Numbered from the whole stretch's first letter, positions 1 through 14,327 are shown. The stretch is 63,272 nucleotides of DNA, filler included, from Lenisia limosa (GCA_001655205.1; 15 parts of 15 records of this genome joined end to end with filler, not necessarily neighbours in it); one strand, 5' to 3'. Notes: generated by a model not told the origin, from the letters alone. Translations and numbers: made by a program.

Positions 1-235
1 TTATATTCTCTCTCTTCTGTGGTATTGTAGTTTGATTGTAGTGTTGTACGCAGGTTGTACGTGTGTGTACCGTGCGTTTGGATTGTTACCCCCCTCACAA
101 CCATATCACAATCTACACGTGAAATTAGCAATTACCCTTTATTACTTGACCTCTTTCAAAATCGAAGAAGTTAATAAAATTCATACTTCGTTGAAGCTTG
201 TTCGTCTGAAGGCATTGAACGCTGGATCTGGTGTT

Positions 236-2008
236 ATGGTAGGATTACTGCCCTCTTCACTGATTCCGTTTCATTTGTGCGAACTAGTAATCCTCACATC
301 CCTCTTAGGATATTTTCTTCCATTGCCAAACTGATGACTTGCCCGGTGTATTATCATGCTTAGACCAGGGTGTAGACCCTTCTAAGCCAAAAAAGCAGGT
401 TGGTGTTTTTAACATTACGCGATAGGTTCTACAATGAATAATTTCAGAAGCTAATTTTCCCCAGGAAACTCCTTTGGAAGTTGCCTCCAAGTTCGGCCAT
501 GTGAACATTGTCGCGGCACTCATTAAAGCAGGCGCAAAGATGGACCCCACATATATTGTTAGTGGCTCCTTTTTGTTTTCAACAAGTCCATACTACTGAT
601 ACCAAGTAATTACTGATATCGTTTAATCATACAATCAAAATCCTTGAGACCAATAATCCAGGTTCATTTTTTCCCCTCTTTCTTTCTTAGATCTCATATT
701 TATATATTATTTGTATTCAAGTATATGATAACCTTGTGTTAGAAATAATAGATCAGGAAAAGAGTCCACTTGGCAATGCTATCAAAAACAGGCATTTGGA
801 TGTTCTGAAGATTCTATTGGGTTCAGGTGCTCCCGTCAATGGTGAACCTTCAAGGGTAATGAAATTTTTGTATGGAAACGCATACTTCCTTTCAAAACCC
901 ACTTTTTTGCTTTTCTATTTTGTACAAGCATTTTTGACCTTACAGCTGGGCCTTGAAACGGCCCTTCACACCGCGGCGCGTGAGGAGTTTTGGGAATGTG
1001 TCTCATACTTGGTTCAAGCAAGGGTCGACTTGGACGCCATTTTTGAGGTAATATGGCTATTCTTTTGATTTGGGCTCAGGGAGGTACTTGTATCCTCTTA
1101 TTTTGGCAGAACATGACGGCATTGGACATAGCATCATCCTTCAACAGCAGTGAAGGAGTTTGTGAACTTCTCAAAACAAATGTTGACATCAAGAAGGCGA
1201 ACAAATATGTTAGAAAATTTATGGGGGAATTAAAATACTATAATTAGTATCTTAGGGATGGATTCACCAGGTACTCTTTGTTTTTCGTTTTTCATTTCTC
1301 ATTTCTACATTGTGTTTGGTTTTACACTCAAATCACAAAATTGTAGCTCTAATTTAGTACTTGTCAAACAGCCTTGCATCATGCATCAATCTCCCAGAAT
1401 CCAGAAGCAGCTAAAATGCTCTTGAAATCGGGTGCAGATGTAAATTATACCAAAATTAATGTAGGTAATTCCCAAGTCTAATACACAAATTTGATTCTAA
1501 AATGAACCAAATAATTCGGTTTTTTTGTGGCATAATTATTCAGTTGCGTGTAATAATTCAGGGCTTTCCTCCAATTAGTGGTGCCATTAGTAACTGCTTC
1601 AAAACCACCAAGACTCTCGAGGTGTTCCTAATGGAAGGTGCAGATGTTTTGCAAAAAACACCTGTGGGGGGAGGGGGGAGATGTCTTGACAGTTTGATGA
1701 GACAAAATTCCAGGTCTGGTCACGGCCTCGATTAAGATATGATGGAATAATGTCTTTCGGTGTAATGAATGCAGTTGGGATTCTCGGAAATGGCTCGAGC
1801 GTGGAAGGGTCGGGTCATCACAGTCCTTGCCACGCTGCTTGATTACCATCCTGAACTCTCAGGTTTGTACTTGTTTATACCCTAGGTGTGTACCTTGTTC
1901 CAATAATGATGCTAATGCTGCAGTTAGAAGCATTTCCACCTCAATTTTGTTTATAACTATGTAGCGAGGGAGCTGTCAGCCTTGGACGACATCGAAGATC
2001 TTAGATAA
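236..2008 (+). CDS. Ankyrin-repeat protein, about 10-11 exons
   Basis: Manual splicing gives ETPLEVASKFGHVNIVAALIKAGA, KSPLGNAIKNRHLDVLKILLGSGAPVN, ETALHTAAREEFWECVSYLV, MTALDIAS and LHHASISQNPEAAKMLLKSGADVN, which are ankyrin repeats. Putative ATG at 236 directly followed by a GT; TAA at 2006-2008. The start is uncertain. Confidence 0.85.
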
Positions 2009-2193
2009 TTAGAATGTAATACATTATTGTGTAGTTAGTCTAAATTTGCAATGTGTCGTAGTATGTTATGTTTCACAGATGTTTGTATGTAATTATAATT
2101 CATGGGCATTCAGTGAATAGAAAACCATGTATATTTGAAGTACAATTTAGCCTTCTCAGAGACACTTGAGTCGAAGGTAAAAAACAATATAAT

Positions 2194-5100
2194 TTACATA
2201 ATTGCACATCCCTTCCATTCGCTGTCCGTTCGCTGCTTCTACAATATGAATGAGAGAATCCAATGGTAAATGGGTTAAAAAAAAAAAACGAGTTGCCCCA
2301 CTTTAGCCGGGCTAATTGGCACCTCCCCTGCCTTCTCCTTATCAATGTCTTCGTCTCTCTGACGCTTGATCACGGCTCGGGACTACTGGGTTAGAAACCA
2401 GCCTTTCAATGAACTGTTATTCGTATTCCACTCTACATTCTTTAACATTTTTGTCCCATTATCTTACCTTCGGTCCCCAGTGTTTCTGTTCATTCAGTGG
2501 GAAGCGCAGAGCTGATGTTCTTTGCTTCTTTGATAGCGTATCACACACCGTGAAATCATAGGTGTTTTTCGCTTTCCTGAAGCATAAATCCGACTGAAAC
2601 AAGTTGAAAATTCGACTCAAAATTGCTCAAATAAAGGCTTTTCCATCTTAAAGAAAAAGAGCCTGGTGTTCCTCTCCACATACTTGGACAATAGCCTGAG
2701 GGCAATAGGGGAGGTGGGAAGCTTAGGGTAGGGGTTATTGTCAACGTGCGCACTACTTTATGAAATCGACAATGACAACGCAAAAGGCGATAAGATGATT
2801 AAAGGAACAAAGTACAGAGAGTCCTCTTCCATTTGTAAACACCATCATACCGGAACACATCGAAGACGGTTTGCATAGATGCGTTGGTCTTGAAGGTGCC
2901 CTTCTTGCAGTGGCTGGCCGATACCTCATATCCGGCGTTGATGAGTGCGGAACTGGGCTGTTAGGGAAAAAGACGGGGGGGGGGGGGGNNNNNNNNNNNN
3001 NNNNNNNNNNNNNNNNNNNNNNNNNNNNNNNNNNNNNNNNNNNNNNNNNNNNNNNNNNNNNNNNNNNNNNNNNNNNNTTGCATGCGGATAACTTGAATGC
3101 TCTGAACATGTCGTCCAATTTGACATAGTATACGGTGGGTAGCTCCTTAAGCGCCAAGCCTAACATGGCGCCAGCGCGCTGAAGGGTTAAACAACTACAT
3201 TCCAATGGTGTCGACAAAAAGTGCTAAACTGATGACATATCTGGTACATTTTTTGGTAAATCTGTAATCTGACAATCCAATTTACGTACATGTACATGCT
3301 ACGTTCCTAGCGTTGACACAGAACTTGACAGCAAAAACACAAATATCATAATATCACATGATGCCCATTCATATCTGACCACAGTGTCCCTTTCATTTTG
3401 AGGCATGATTAAACCGGGTCCACGCCGTCTTGTATTTAAAGACTATTGGACAGACCTTCCGTGTTGTGATAAACGGATGCTGTTCTTCATTGAGCATTCT
3501 GTCGTGAAGCCTCTGTGTAAACTCAACGTCATGAATTGCGCCTCCCCAAACCGGGCCGCCAAACTATTTGGTCAGTATTGCCAAGACTTAAATGGAATAC
3601 ATTGACTCCCCCCCCCCCTTAATGCTGTGATGCCCAAAAAAAAAAGGTAAAACAAAGCAAGCAACTTGCAAATAAAACCCAAACGCCAGCTTACATGGCA
3701 AACCGCGTCACATTCCGGGCAGTGAGAGAACGTCGGTGCAAGTGGCACCTGCAATGTCAAGAGGTGAACATACGATTCTTATCCCATCATTATATTTAAC
3801 ATTATCTTCCTTTTAGCGGCAAATAAACCGTAGAAGTGGCATCGGTCTTTCTTCCATTTAGCGTACGAAAGGCCAGAGAGACTCACTTGGTACTTGATTT
3901 TCTTGCCGTCAGTGAGGCGACGGCCAACATCGGAGGTAGTGAAGAACGGACACTCCGAGCATTGTGTAATCTTAAGATGTCAAATAATACTGAGTAAAGC
4001 TTCTGCCTTATGGTGATTCAAGCATTGTTTGGAATTTGAGGAGGAAGTCGATTCAGTGGGATTATAATAGCTTTCCCAATTCAAAAAATACAAAATAACA
4101 TACCATAGTATACTATGTCATATACGTACTACATCATGTACGAAAGTAAAATCCTCATATAAATCAAATGACATATCATATGTATGCATACTAGACTAGT
4201 ATATCGAAACGTGCAGATGATCAGAATAAAATTATGGCTAAAAAGGGGGTTATGTTGGTTCTGAGTCTCAACTTCATTCTCCTCTTACATAGCAAAGGTT
4301 ACTTGCAGAGTCCTTGACCTTGATTACGCTTTCGTACACCCTCACAAAGACGCGGATGTAGAAGTCAATACTCAAGCAGCACATTGGCACAATGTAACGA
4401 GAATGCCGACTACGGAATGAGACAAATTCAGCGGTGGTGACTGGTGATTCACTAAGGCAACAAAAATACTGAATTTCTGATAATTCTGCAATAAGTGTCG
4501 ACAGCAGATAATTCCATACCACTGCCTTTGGCTATCTAGGGCAAAGTCCCACATACGACGCTGAACTCTGGAGTGAGTTGAGGATAGTTCTGAGAGCCTG
4601 CTCGTGACCATATGAGGTGTGATGTGTGTAGCTTGAATACTTCGCGTATCCGGTCTAAAGTGTCATTCAAGTTGACAGGCGACTAAAGTGATATTTATTA
4701 CCAAGGAAAAACAGAAAGCAAGCGTTCTGAGACAGAACGGGCTCCTTTTAAAACAGAGATTCTAACCCACATACCTCGCCATGGTTGCCAGCCAAAACAG
4801 CCATATCAGTGCATGTGACCAGCAAGAGGCCGCCGTCAGCAACACATGCGGTGGCGGCGTCGATGAAGGGAGCTGCGGTGCCGTAGGGGTCAAGGTCAAT
4901 GACGTCAAACGCGTTTGCACAGAACCCGGCACGACGTTGGAACATAACCTTTGAAGCATGATTATTAATTCTGGATTGGAGGCAATTTGAAAGATTACCC
5001 CCAGTCTAATTGACAATACTCAGATAACTGAAAGTTAAAATTTTTCAACAATAAATAAAAGTAAAAATAAAAAAGAAAGTAGTTGGTAATGTTGAGCAAA

Positions 5101-6317
5101 AGGGCAGTTTTGTAGAGGGAAGCTTACAGCAGAGGCCTCGCCACAATTGGGAGTGACCACGTGTTCAACATTGTTACTCTCAATGTTCTTCTTGATCTGA
5201 CGAGCAGCAATGACAGACAGGTCATTAGCTACAATCTCTTTCACACCTACAGTGTCACATTCGACATGAAGAGAATAGTAATGGAATACTTAAAGAATAA
5301 GGTAGAAATAGTAACAAAAAAATGCCTTTGACTTCGCAAAAAAGAAAAGAAGATAACTTCCAAAACTAGAACATGACAACCCTATGTGGTTCCAGCTCCA
5401 TACAGGGGTGAAACACGATAAAAAAATTGACTTGATGATCATGAATGAAATAAAACTATGAGACAAAGTCCCTTCAAATCCCACAAAGACAAGCATCCTT
5501 GTATGAAAGAGCATATTCCATTTGTTGTTTATACTCATGGAAACTTTCAAAATACCCAATGGTTTATGTATCTCTACGAAACAAAGCAACACCATCAGAA
5601 TGCAAAAAGTCATTTCATCGGAATGATCCAAAGTTTACAAGAAGAGTCATGTACCAACCGGTCAGCTCCTTGCCGTACCGTACAGCCCTAAGCCCAGTGG
5701 CGCTGAGAGCCTCAAGAATGTTCACTCCTATGAGTAAAACTGCTGCACTTTCGCAAGCAAAAAACCCCCGCATATAAAATGATGGTTCAGAAAAAACAAG
5801 TTTTACTTGTTCAGCGATAGTCATTCTTCAGAGAACAATTGAGCCAGCTTACCTTCAGGTTCATAGATTTCAGGGTTGAAATCCTTTATGGTAAGAAGAA
5901 AGCAAAAGAGGAAAGACACGATGGTACTACAACATTTATCCTTTGGCCTTAATAGTGGCAAAAAAAAAAAATATCAAGGAACCCAAGTGGCTGCGTACCA
6001 AGCCTTTCTTGTTTGCATGCTTCTGAGCCAGGTCTGTCTTCTCCTTTTTGCGTACGTCAATAAAGTCCTGAAAGTTAGAAGGCTCTGGTAAAATCAAAAT
6101 CAACACAAAAGATGACCTTTCTTACCTGAATAACAGCGGTAGAAAGGTCACGATTGTAGACTTGGACGGGATTGTAAAAGGCCTCGCCTTTTGGGAACTC
6201 GCATTCAGCTGATCCTTCACAAATAAGCTGTCCTTCAATGATAGGTACGCCGGAATTCTTGCCCTTGGCTTCCTGTTGAGCTGGCTCTTTCTTTGAAGAA
6301 CTTTTATCACCATCCAT
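2194..6317 (-). CDS. TRM1: tRNA (guanine26-N2)-dimethyltransferase Trm1, multi-exon
   Basis: Exons encode [109 protein letters not shown] and HWGPKSRA, all Trm1 motifs in the expected order. ATG 6317, TAA 2194-2196. Confidence 0.95.
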
Positions 6318-6537
6318 TGTAAAACTTAAAGCTCTTTAATAGGTTTACGTAGATTTCAAGTAGAAGAGGCACTGATTTTGCACTATTTTGGAAATAAAGG
6401 AAAAGTATGGCGACCAGAACAGCTTTTGATTTTTTAAAAATCGTTTTCAGAAATGCATTTTGCGCTGTATTGATAGATATTCTCATGTTATATTGATAAA
6501 GAGGTGGCATATGAATTTATAATAGGAGCATACCCCA

Positions 6538-8999
6538 ATGTCAACGGAATCACCCCTCCTGCTAAGTGCAGGTTTGCACAGCAGCATCAGGCTTGATTTT
6601 TAACTATTTTTTAGAAAAGGACGTTTTTGACGAGCTCTATCGACAATTCAAGGCTCTCTCTTCCCCTCCCCTTTCCAACAATGCCTTCTCTGAGTACCCT
6701 TTCTCCACAACCGCAGCAAGCTCGGCTATAGTGTGATGGCGATTTTTTTTTAGTTGAATTATGAACTTCTAATGTTTTTTAGAAGCAAGAACCTCCCACA
6801 GTACAAATCAATGAGCACCTTTTCAGCTTGCATGAGTTTGCAATCTTGTTTCGAGCCGTCTCCGGGTGGCGTAGTTGGACGGTAAAAGGGAAACAGCTTT
6901 TAATTGACTCAAGGAAAACGCACAGTTTTTGTTGTCAATAATCCACCGTCAAAGCCTCTTTCTAACTGGCTATTTAACTGCTCTTCTTCCATCGTATCTT
7001 TAACTCATATTTGTTCCTTAATTCCTTTGTCCCTCCCCATGTGCCTTCTCTTTGTAATTACTTTAATCTTTTACGTGTTTTCTTGCAGATTTAGAGTTAC
7101 ATTAAATTAGTTTTCCACTCGAACAGTTTTCATTAAGCCTGCCTACCCCTCTTTTTGTTTATTATGGTTGATAGTTTTGCTTTATTATCCCCATCCCATC
7201 TTTTTATTACATAGTTTCCCTTTTTTTACTCCTTCTTTATTCTCCGTCACTTCTTTTTACGGAATATTTTTACAAAATTTCCTCTGTTTTACCCAATATT
7301 TTGAGCTGTGGCTCGGGCTTGTTTTTGTTTTTGTGTTCTTGTCATCTGGCTTTTGTCTAGTTTTAGCGTTGGTTGCTTTGTTATTGCTTGTTTTTTGTTT
7401 TTTGTTTGTTTGGAGTTTCAGATTATTTGGTTNNNNNNNNNNNNNNNNNNNNNNNNNNNNNNNNNNNNNNNNNNNNNNNNNNNNNNNNNNNNNNNNNNNN
7501 NNNNNNNNNNNNNNNNNNNNNNNNNNNNNNNNNNNNNNNNACTTCCGAACACTCGCGACACATCCGCTCTCATCAGGAAGGCTTACAACCAGTATCTTGT
7601 GTCCTTCATTGCCTTTTTCTCTCAAGGCTATCTCTCAGTTTCAAATGTGAGTGAACTTTAGTTTTGGAGAATGATACCCCATGCCACGCAACATATTTAT
7701 CTTACAGTTTCAAGAGTGTTCTGATAATATGTCCAGCTTCTTTCACACTTCCAGGCCACTCACCCCGGAAACGGCTGCTCCTACTGCGGCTCCAATGAAA
7801 ATTTGGTTAGTTGCACCCGTTGTCTAACCTATATCTTCCCTCAATTGCAGGACGATCAATATACTCGCCCAATTCATCTTGCGTTTCTTTACACCACCTA
7901 AATGGCCAGGTGTTTCATTTGTGGTAGCATGCATCCCCCATTTCGGATTATGCGCTTTGAAATTGTGCATTTAGCCACCATCGGATTTATGTTTCTCGTT
8001 TCTCGTTTTTTTCATTATTTTTGTTTTTTTTTTGTGTCATAAATTTTCTTTTTCTCACACTCCCCACCAGGATGACGAGGAGGAACACTGCCGCTCTTGT
8101 GACGCAATCCTCNNNNNNNNNNNNNNNNNNNNNNNNNNNNNNNNNNNNNNNNNNNNNNNNNNNNNNNNNNNNNNNNNNNNNNNNNNNNNNNNNNNNNNNN
8201 NNNNNNNNNNNNNNNNNNNNNNNNNNNNNNNNNNNNNNNNNNNNNNNNNNNNNNNNNNNNNNNNNNNNNNNNNNNNGATTAGTACCTTTACGCCCATCGA
8301 AATTCCCTTCGTCCCCCTTCTACGGGAATATCTGGATTCAGCTCATTCCTCACATCTTCCTCATGATTTGTAGAAGAACCTGCCGCAGCAGGAAGCATCT
8401 CTCCAAAAGACACTTGCCGTATGGGGGTTCCTTGTATTTCACTACCTTTGAATTGGCTATTATTGCGAGGAATTAGGATGACATTCACTTACGAATTTAG
8501 ACCGTTTTGACTGCAACATCAAATGGAGTTTGCTGGGGGTAAAAGAAGGGTGTTCTATGTGCTCGTGTTTATCTGTTATTTATTTATCACTAACACATTA
8601 GTTCCTCTTAACTGTTGTTTACCACTAACACATTAGTTCCTCTTAACTGTTGTTTACCACTAACACATTAGTTCCTCTCATTTGCCCCATTCCTGTTCCC
8701 TCCCCTCTCCCTGACCACTATCCGACATCAATCAACTCGGTACGTCCTCTCGGATCATAAAATGGCATTTCTGAGGCTGTCAGTCTTTTGAAGTAGTCAT
8801 CCCCTGCCATTCCTCGTGTCATTCTTGTTTATCATATTGTGTCTGATTAAAACTACGCATTGCTTTGAAGGTGCATTATACTCTTCGGTTCGTATTCGAC
8901 CTGCACCGAATTCACCTATCTCCCCCCACTCCCGTGTGTTTCAGATGTCAAGCCAATATTTGTTTTGAGTTTTTGTTTTCGCTGCAGAAGCGACTGGCC
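6538..8999 (+). CDS. Unknown multi-exon gene, partial, divergent from TRM1
   Basis: GT-AG-bounded open exons such as LPNTRDTSALIRKAYNQYLVSFIAFFSQGYLSVSN (7541-7647), GHSPGNGCSYCGSNENL and PLICPIPVPSPLPDHYPTSINS. No family recognised; ends approximate. Confidence 0.4.
8588..8678 (+). repeat. Tandem repeat, 35 bp x 2.6
   Basis: Unit CACTAACACATTAGTTCCTCTTAACTGTTGTTTAC. Confidence 0.95.
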
Positions 9000-9099
9000 N
9001 NNNNNNNNNNNNNNNNNNNNNNNNNNNNNNNNNNNNNNNNNNNTTAATTAATTAANNNNNNNNNNNNNNNNNNNNNNNNNNNNNNNNNNNNNNNNNNNN
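9000..9099. other. Artificial contig-joining spacer (N44-TTAATTAATTAA-N44); also at 14328, 16921, 20802, 24061, 28456, 31013, 35231, 42815, 48198, 50797, 56305, 58079 and 59836
   Basis: Identical 100-bp structure 14 times; TTAATTAATTAA places stop codons in all six frames. Confidence 0.97.
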
Positions 9100-9229
9100 G
9101 AAAATAAAAAAAAGTGGACACGGTCATGTCCCTGGACACGGTCATGTCCCCCCACCTATGCATATATAGTAATAATAATAAAAAAACAGAATTGACTGAG
9201 AATTGTTCTGATGGGCGAGTCCCAAGACC

Positions 9230-12200
9230 CAAAGTTTCGTTGATCAGAAGAAAAACGACACTTTAGATTGTGTGAAACATGGTTGATCATACTTCGATGA
9301 ACATACGAGATTTTGGGGTCGAACTCAGCGGTATACGGACTGGTGATGGTGAGAATGTAGCGTTGCTTGTAGAACACGGTCCAAAGCGAATTAGGAGCGG
9401 TTTCGAAGACTGGGTCGGTGGTGCGGATTACGAGGGGGTTGGAGTTCAGTTCGAGGAGGTAAGGCGGCGTGAATGACTCAATGGTTGTGGTCACGTTGGC
9501 AGTGGGCATGTGAGGCTCTGGGACATTAAAATGCCAAGGGTCTAATTAAGGTGCCAAGGGTTGGTCATTATTATACACAAGTTGAAGAAAGAGCTGTACC
9601 ATGGTGGTCCCTTACTCACGTCTTCTAGACACAAAGCCAAATTTGGTGGGACGGACGTTCGACAGACCAATTGTTCCCGGCTGGATCTGAGCAGATAAAA
9701 CGGACTAATTTGATCTATAATAGAGTATATATGCATATGCATATTAGATCATAGATTATGATATTTTACCAATACACAACCATACTGTATGATACTATCA
9801 TATTCGCTCAAAGCCGCTATTGTCGACTTTTGGTTGCCATAATTCTTGCCCCCCCCCCCCCACGTAATGGCGNNNNNNNNNNNNNNNNNNNNNNNNNNNN
9901 NNNNNNNNNNNNNNNNNNNNNNNNNNNNNNNNNNNNNNNNNNNNNNNNNNNNNNNNNNNNNNNNNNNNNNNNNNNNNNNNNNNNNNNNNNNNNNNNNNNN
10001 NNNNNNNNNNNNNNNNNNNNNNNNNNNNNNNNNNNNNNNNNNNNNNNAGGATATGAGAGGTCTTTTTTACCGTGAAAAATAATAAACCTCGACTATATTC
10101 AGTTAATACGCTATCATGAACTGGATCTAAAGATAGTCTGATCTTCAGGTACACGATATTAGTTCTCATCATAAATACAATACTAACAACAGCTTCAGTA
10201 AGAGATGCAAGCCCTTACCATTGGCCAACACACAACCTATTGTTGTACACATAACATTAAGGTGGTATCTCACGTATTTTCCTTCTGAGCACAACTCATT
10301 ACAACCCTCTTACATCTCCTTTAGAAAATCTGCTGAGACCATTATCAGGGAACGTGAAGACCGTGCCGTCAGCTACAGTCGTTGGTAAGATTGTAAGCAG
10401 GAAATATGCAAGAATAACTACATCAAACACGGGGAGTAACCAACGCCCTAACAAATACTCGAAAAGCAATTCTTTTGGATAAAAAAACAAAACAAAAAAC
10501 AATCCAGACATAAGTACTCTCAGGGAATTGATATGAATGGGTAAATACTTTGAAAGTTGCTAATGGTCATGTGTAGCTGTACTGGAATGAGAATTATTCA
10601 CAGAGATCAATATATATTCTGTTGCAATCTTGACTCATCATTTCAGCTCTATACGCAGAATCCATCTACCATACGTCCTCTATAAACCAATAACACCCCG
10701 GAGCTGACTTGTGATAGCGCACGCGTGTGTAGGCGTCATTCCAATGTCGATGAAGGACAATGAGGTGTAATGGTCCTAATTGGTCACCAAATAAGTTTTA
10801 CAACACCTGAGGGAAATAAAAAAAAACTCACATAATTGAATCGTTTTTCTATCAAAAGAAACTCAATTAACCCAAAACATTTTAGTGATAAAAAGAGAAA
10901 AAAAAAAGGGTAAAATAGTTCGTGAGGGATATTGAGCATAAAGTTCATTCTAACGCTAATAGTTGTTGAAAATCGGTCAGGTTTAAAGTACAAAGCTTAC
11001 ACCAGGGTAAATGTAGACGCCAGGGGAGAATAGCCCGCCCGTAAAGACACTATCAGAACCTGCAGAGCGTGAAATGAACACAATCTAATGTCAAAGGAAT
11101 TCATCTCAGTCAAGTATTAGTCCTCTCGAATTCACGCAACAGTGTGTGACATGCTCCACCCATGACCCACTGTGGAGCAGCAAAAGGAGATTGTTACGGA
11201 GAAGCAGCTAAGAGGGTCAGAAAACAATTTGTTACGTAGAAGCAGCTAAGAGGGTCAGAAAACAATTTGTTACGGAAAAGCAGCTAAGAGGGTCAGAAAA
11301 CAATTTCAAATAAACCGTTTTAAAAAGTCCTATCCATCAACCCTAACCCACTTTTTGTGCTACAGTATGTTTGTTGAAAACGGCAAGTGCGTAGAGACCA
11401 AAGTCCCCTGTTCTCCCCATGGTCTGTCGTGTTGTCGCTGAAAATATCAATTGCGCAGTTGGAAAATAATAATACTAATACTAATGATAGTAATAATACT
11501 AATACTAATACTAATCAAAAATAATAATAATACATTCGCCAAAATCATCCTCAAATGTCACAGAATTAAAAGTTCAATAGTGAAACTGGACCATGCCTTT
11601 CTATTTCGTCAAAACCCATATTAGCAGTAAAATTATATAATTAAATTCGATAGGGCTCCATGATACTATGCAATACTAGGTGTAGCACAGCTCACTTGCG
11701 TCATTGTTGCAGACGTAGATCACATCATTTTCTAAATTAGTTACTTTGGTAAAATTGTGAGCCTTCTTTCCATAAAACGCAACAAACCACATATCATATA
11801 GTGCATGGTTGGAATTTTGAGTGACTAAGAGAAGCCTTGGCCCAACCTCACCTTTAGCGCACATGAATGTTGTGCCATCAATGGACTGAGTACAGAGTTT
11901 GACGGAGCTGAGAGTGCCTGACACAAGGCACGGCGACTCGGGATTGTCAAGGAGGTGGAGCAGTCCGCTTTCTGGGGCAGTGATATGGTATGAGACTGCT
12001 TTTTGAAGTGGCTTATTGAACAGGGCATTAAAAAAAGAGATACAGAATTTCTTGGTGTTATATCATACATGTATATTGCACAAATATGGAGAAACTGTAC
12101 TTTTTTGTTTTGGATGGGGAGTTTGTCGAATTAAAATGAAATCCTGGAATTAACAAACCGAATAACACAAAGAACTTAGAGAAGTCCTTGATTGGAGATG

Positions 12201-14327
12201 CACTCTAAATGGAATGAGGAACGAACACTTCCTGAAAAAACCAATATCTTACGTACTATAAGATTGATGTTGATTTAAGTTAAATCGAACGCCCCTCTTC
12301 ATTACATAGTGTGACTATCATCAACCTCAAACAAACCAATGCAATCATGTCGGGCCAGGGGAGGTACTTTTCATAGTAGCCAAACGGGCCTTCTGTCACA
12401 TTACCTAAAGTGTCATCGTGTGTTTGTTGCAATAGTGAATAAATATCACCCGGAAAATCCCTCAAACAGGCAATAACACCGGCGGTAGGGTAGTGCAGAA
12501 CCTGAAAGTTAGCAGATATGGGTTGAGGGGGGCAATGGAAGAGTTTGAAATATATTGACATCAAACAAAGCAACGTGCAATAACAACAAACAAAGCAACG
12601 TGCATTAACAACAAACAAAGCAACGTGCATTAACAACAAACATGAAAAGCAACGTGCATCGACAACAAACATGAAAAGCAACGTGCATCAACAACACACA
12701 TGAAAAAAGGGAAGTATTTATAAAAAAATAATCATTCAGAAGGGAAAAGAGACTCACTGTGGTAGGGCACATATCCGTGTAGATGTATTGTACGAAGTTC
12801 TCAAATGGCTTATAGGCCTGAATAGTCCCATCAGCTGGATGGTAAGACTAGTTACTGTCCGAATAATCGGTAGCATATTCAAGACACTCGGTGAGGCTTG
12901 AAGTCAAGCCTCAACAACCCACTTAGATGGTAGTACATCTCAGGACCGTTGACAGGAATGAAGGCCGATTTGATCTAAAAAGTGATAATGGGTCAATCAT
13001 ACTATTGTATACAGCAACGAGAAATAAAAAACAAGGCTGTATCAGCCTAAGCGTCCACACCATCACACAAGTTGGCAATAATAGAGAAGAGATAGGGGCA
13101 ATTATTTCTACTCCCTAATCAGCCTACCTCGGAAGCGAGGGGAATGTTGATATAGTCCAATACAGAGACACAGTCGGTGTAGTCAAACTCAATCTTGTTG
13201 TCTAAATGATCAAATGAATATTAGTCAAATTTAAACTAGTCCAAGTTTTTCAGACGTTAGAGTATCGAGTTCGATACAGTATATCATATCAACAAGGGAA
13301 CATGAACCCGAATTGCCATATGTCAATATATCATCGAGATTCAACAGACCTCCCGGGTGAGGGGGAAGAGAGCAACCTTCAAAGGAAAGAGGGGAATGAG
13401 AATAAAGGCAAGCAGAAATGAGGTTGACATAAGTCGATGGACATGTAGCAAGGACAAACCTGTGGTAACAAAGACCCTTGCAAAGCGGTCAAGTACAGAG
13501 GTGACGTTGGTATACGGTCCGCTATAGGTGCCGTTTTTATCTGCAACATCAGCAAGGGGTAGGAATGCAAAGAGGGAAATAGTAAGCCTGGAAGACACAT
13601 AGGACCTGGAGTATCATGAATAAGCCGTATGATGTATTCGAGTGACTTTAGACTTTAAAGCACACCTATCAGACAAATCAACAATAACAATCAACTGGGG
13701 CTCGGAAACATATGACAATATTTGATATTATTGAGTTTTGGAGAGCAATTCAGGCATGAGACCAGAAGCTCACAGGAGCTGTGGTCACCCTCAATGTAGT
13801 CGATGAGAGCTGAATGGTCTGTGCCCGTAATGGCGATGTCTGCACCAATAATGGGCATCAGGAAGTATGAGTATATCCTGTCCACGCTCCGAACTGCAAG
13901 CGTTCCGTCCGCTGTGAGTTGGTTATCATGATGATTGAGAGTGCGGGATACCGTATAAATATAAATTAATTCACCCAATCATCGCCCCACAACTCCATAA
14001 AACAGCTTTGATCCAAAATAAGTAAAGGTTGAATTGTACAAGGTCATTATGTTTCATAAAGCTGAATCCATATCTTTCCATGGACAAAATAATCCAACAC
14101 TACAAATCATTCATTTGCCAACATTCCTAGTATCCCTATGTCCTACCAGTAAAGAAGTGGAAGTTGGTGGAGTCATAACGCGTCCATACAATGGGAGATG
14201 CTAAGGAATAAGTGTTTGATAAAATATAGGGTGATAAAGATAATAAGAGAAGATATGATCGACACAGTCTCCCTCCCCTCTCCTCTCCGCCCCACCCCTC
14301 TCCTCTCCGCTTACGTAGGTCAGGTCT
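9230..14327 (-). CDS. Large unknown multi-exon gene, partial
   Basis: Many GT-AG-bounded open exons on the minus strand (e.g. SPIVWTRYDSTNFHFFT, DNKIEFDYTDCVSVLDYINIPLASE, IKSAFIPVNGPEMYYHLSGLLRLDFKPHR, VLHYPTAGVIACLRDFPGDIYSLL, GSDSVFTGGLFSPGVYIYPG). No family recognised; could be more than one gene. Confidence 0.45.
11191..11306. repeat. Tandem repeat, 38 bp x 3
   Basis: Unit TTGTTACGGAGAAGCAGCTAAGAGGGTCAGAAAACAAT. Confidence 0.95.
12562..12702. repeat. Intronic minisatellite, 22-24 bp x about 6
   Basis: Unit AACAAACAAAGCAACGTGCATT with variants. Confidence 0.9.

Noticed and set aside
7168-8476. Long ORF-track entries containing X runs (here and throughout)
   Set aside because: They are open only because N gaps lack stops; the real coding parts are short exons.
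12848-12887. Apparent in-frame TAG within a minus-strand coding stretch, suggesting stop-codon reassignment
   Set aside because: It is explained by a 40-nt GT-AG intron (…PHR|SYHPADG…). URM1 ends GG-TAG and TRM1, ACSBG and the ankyrin gene end TAA, so both are true stops.
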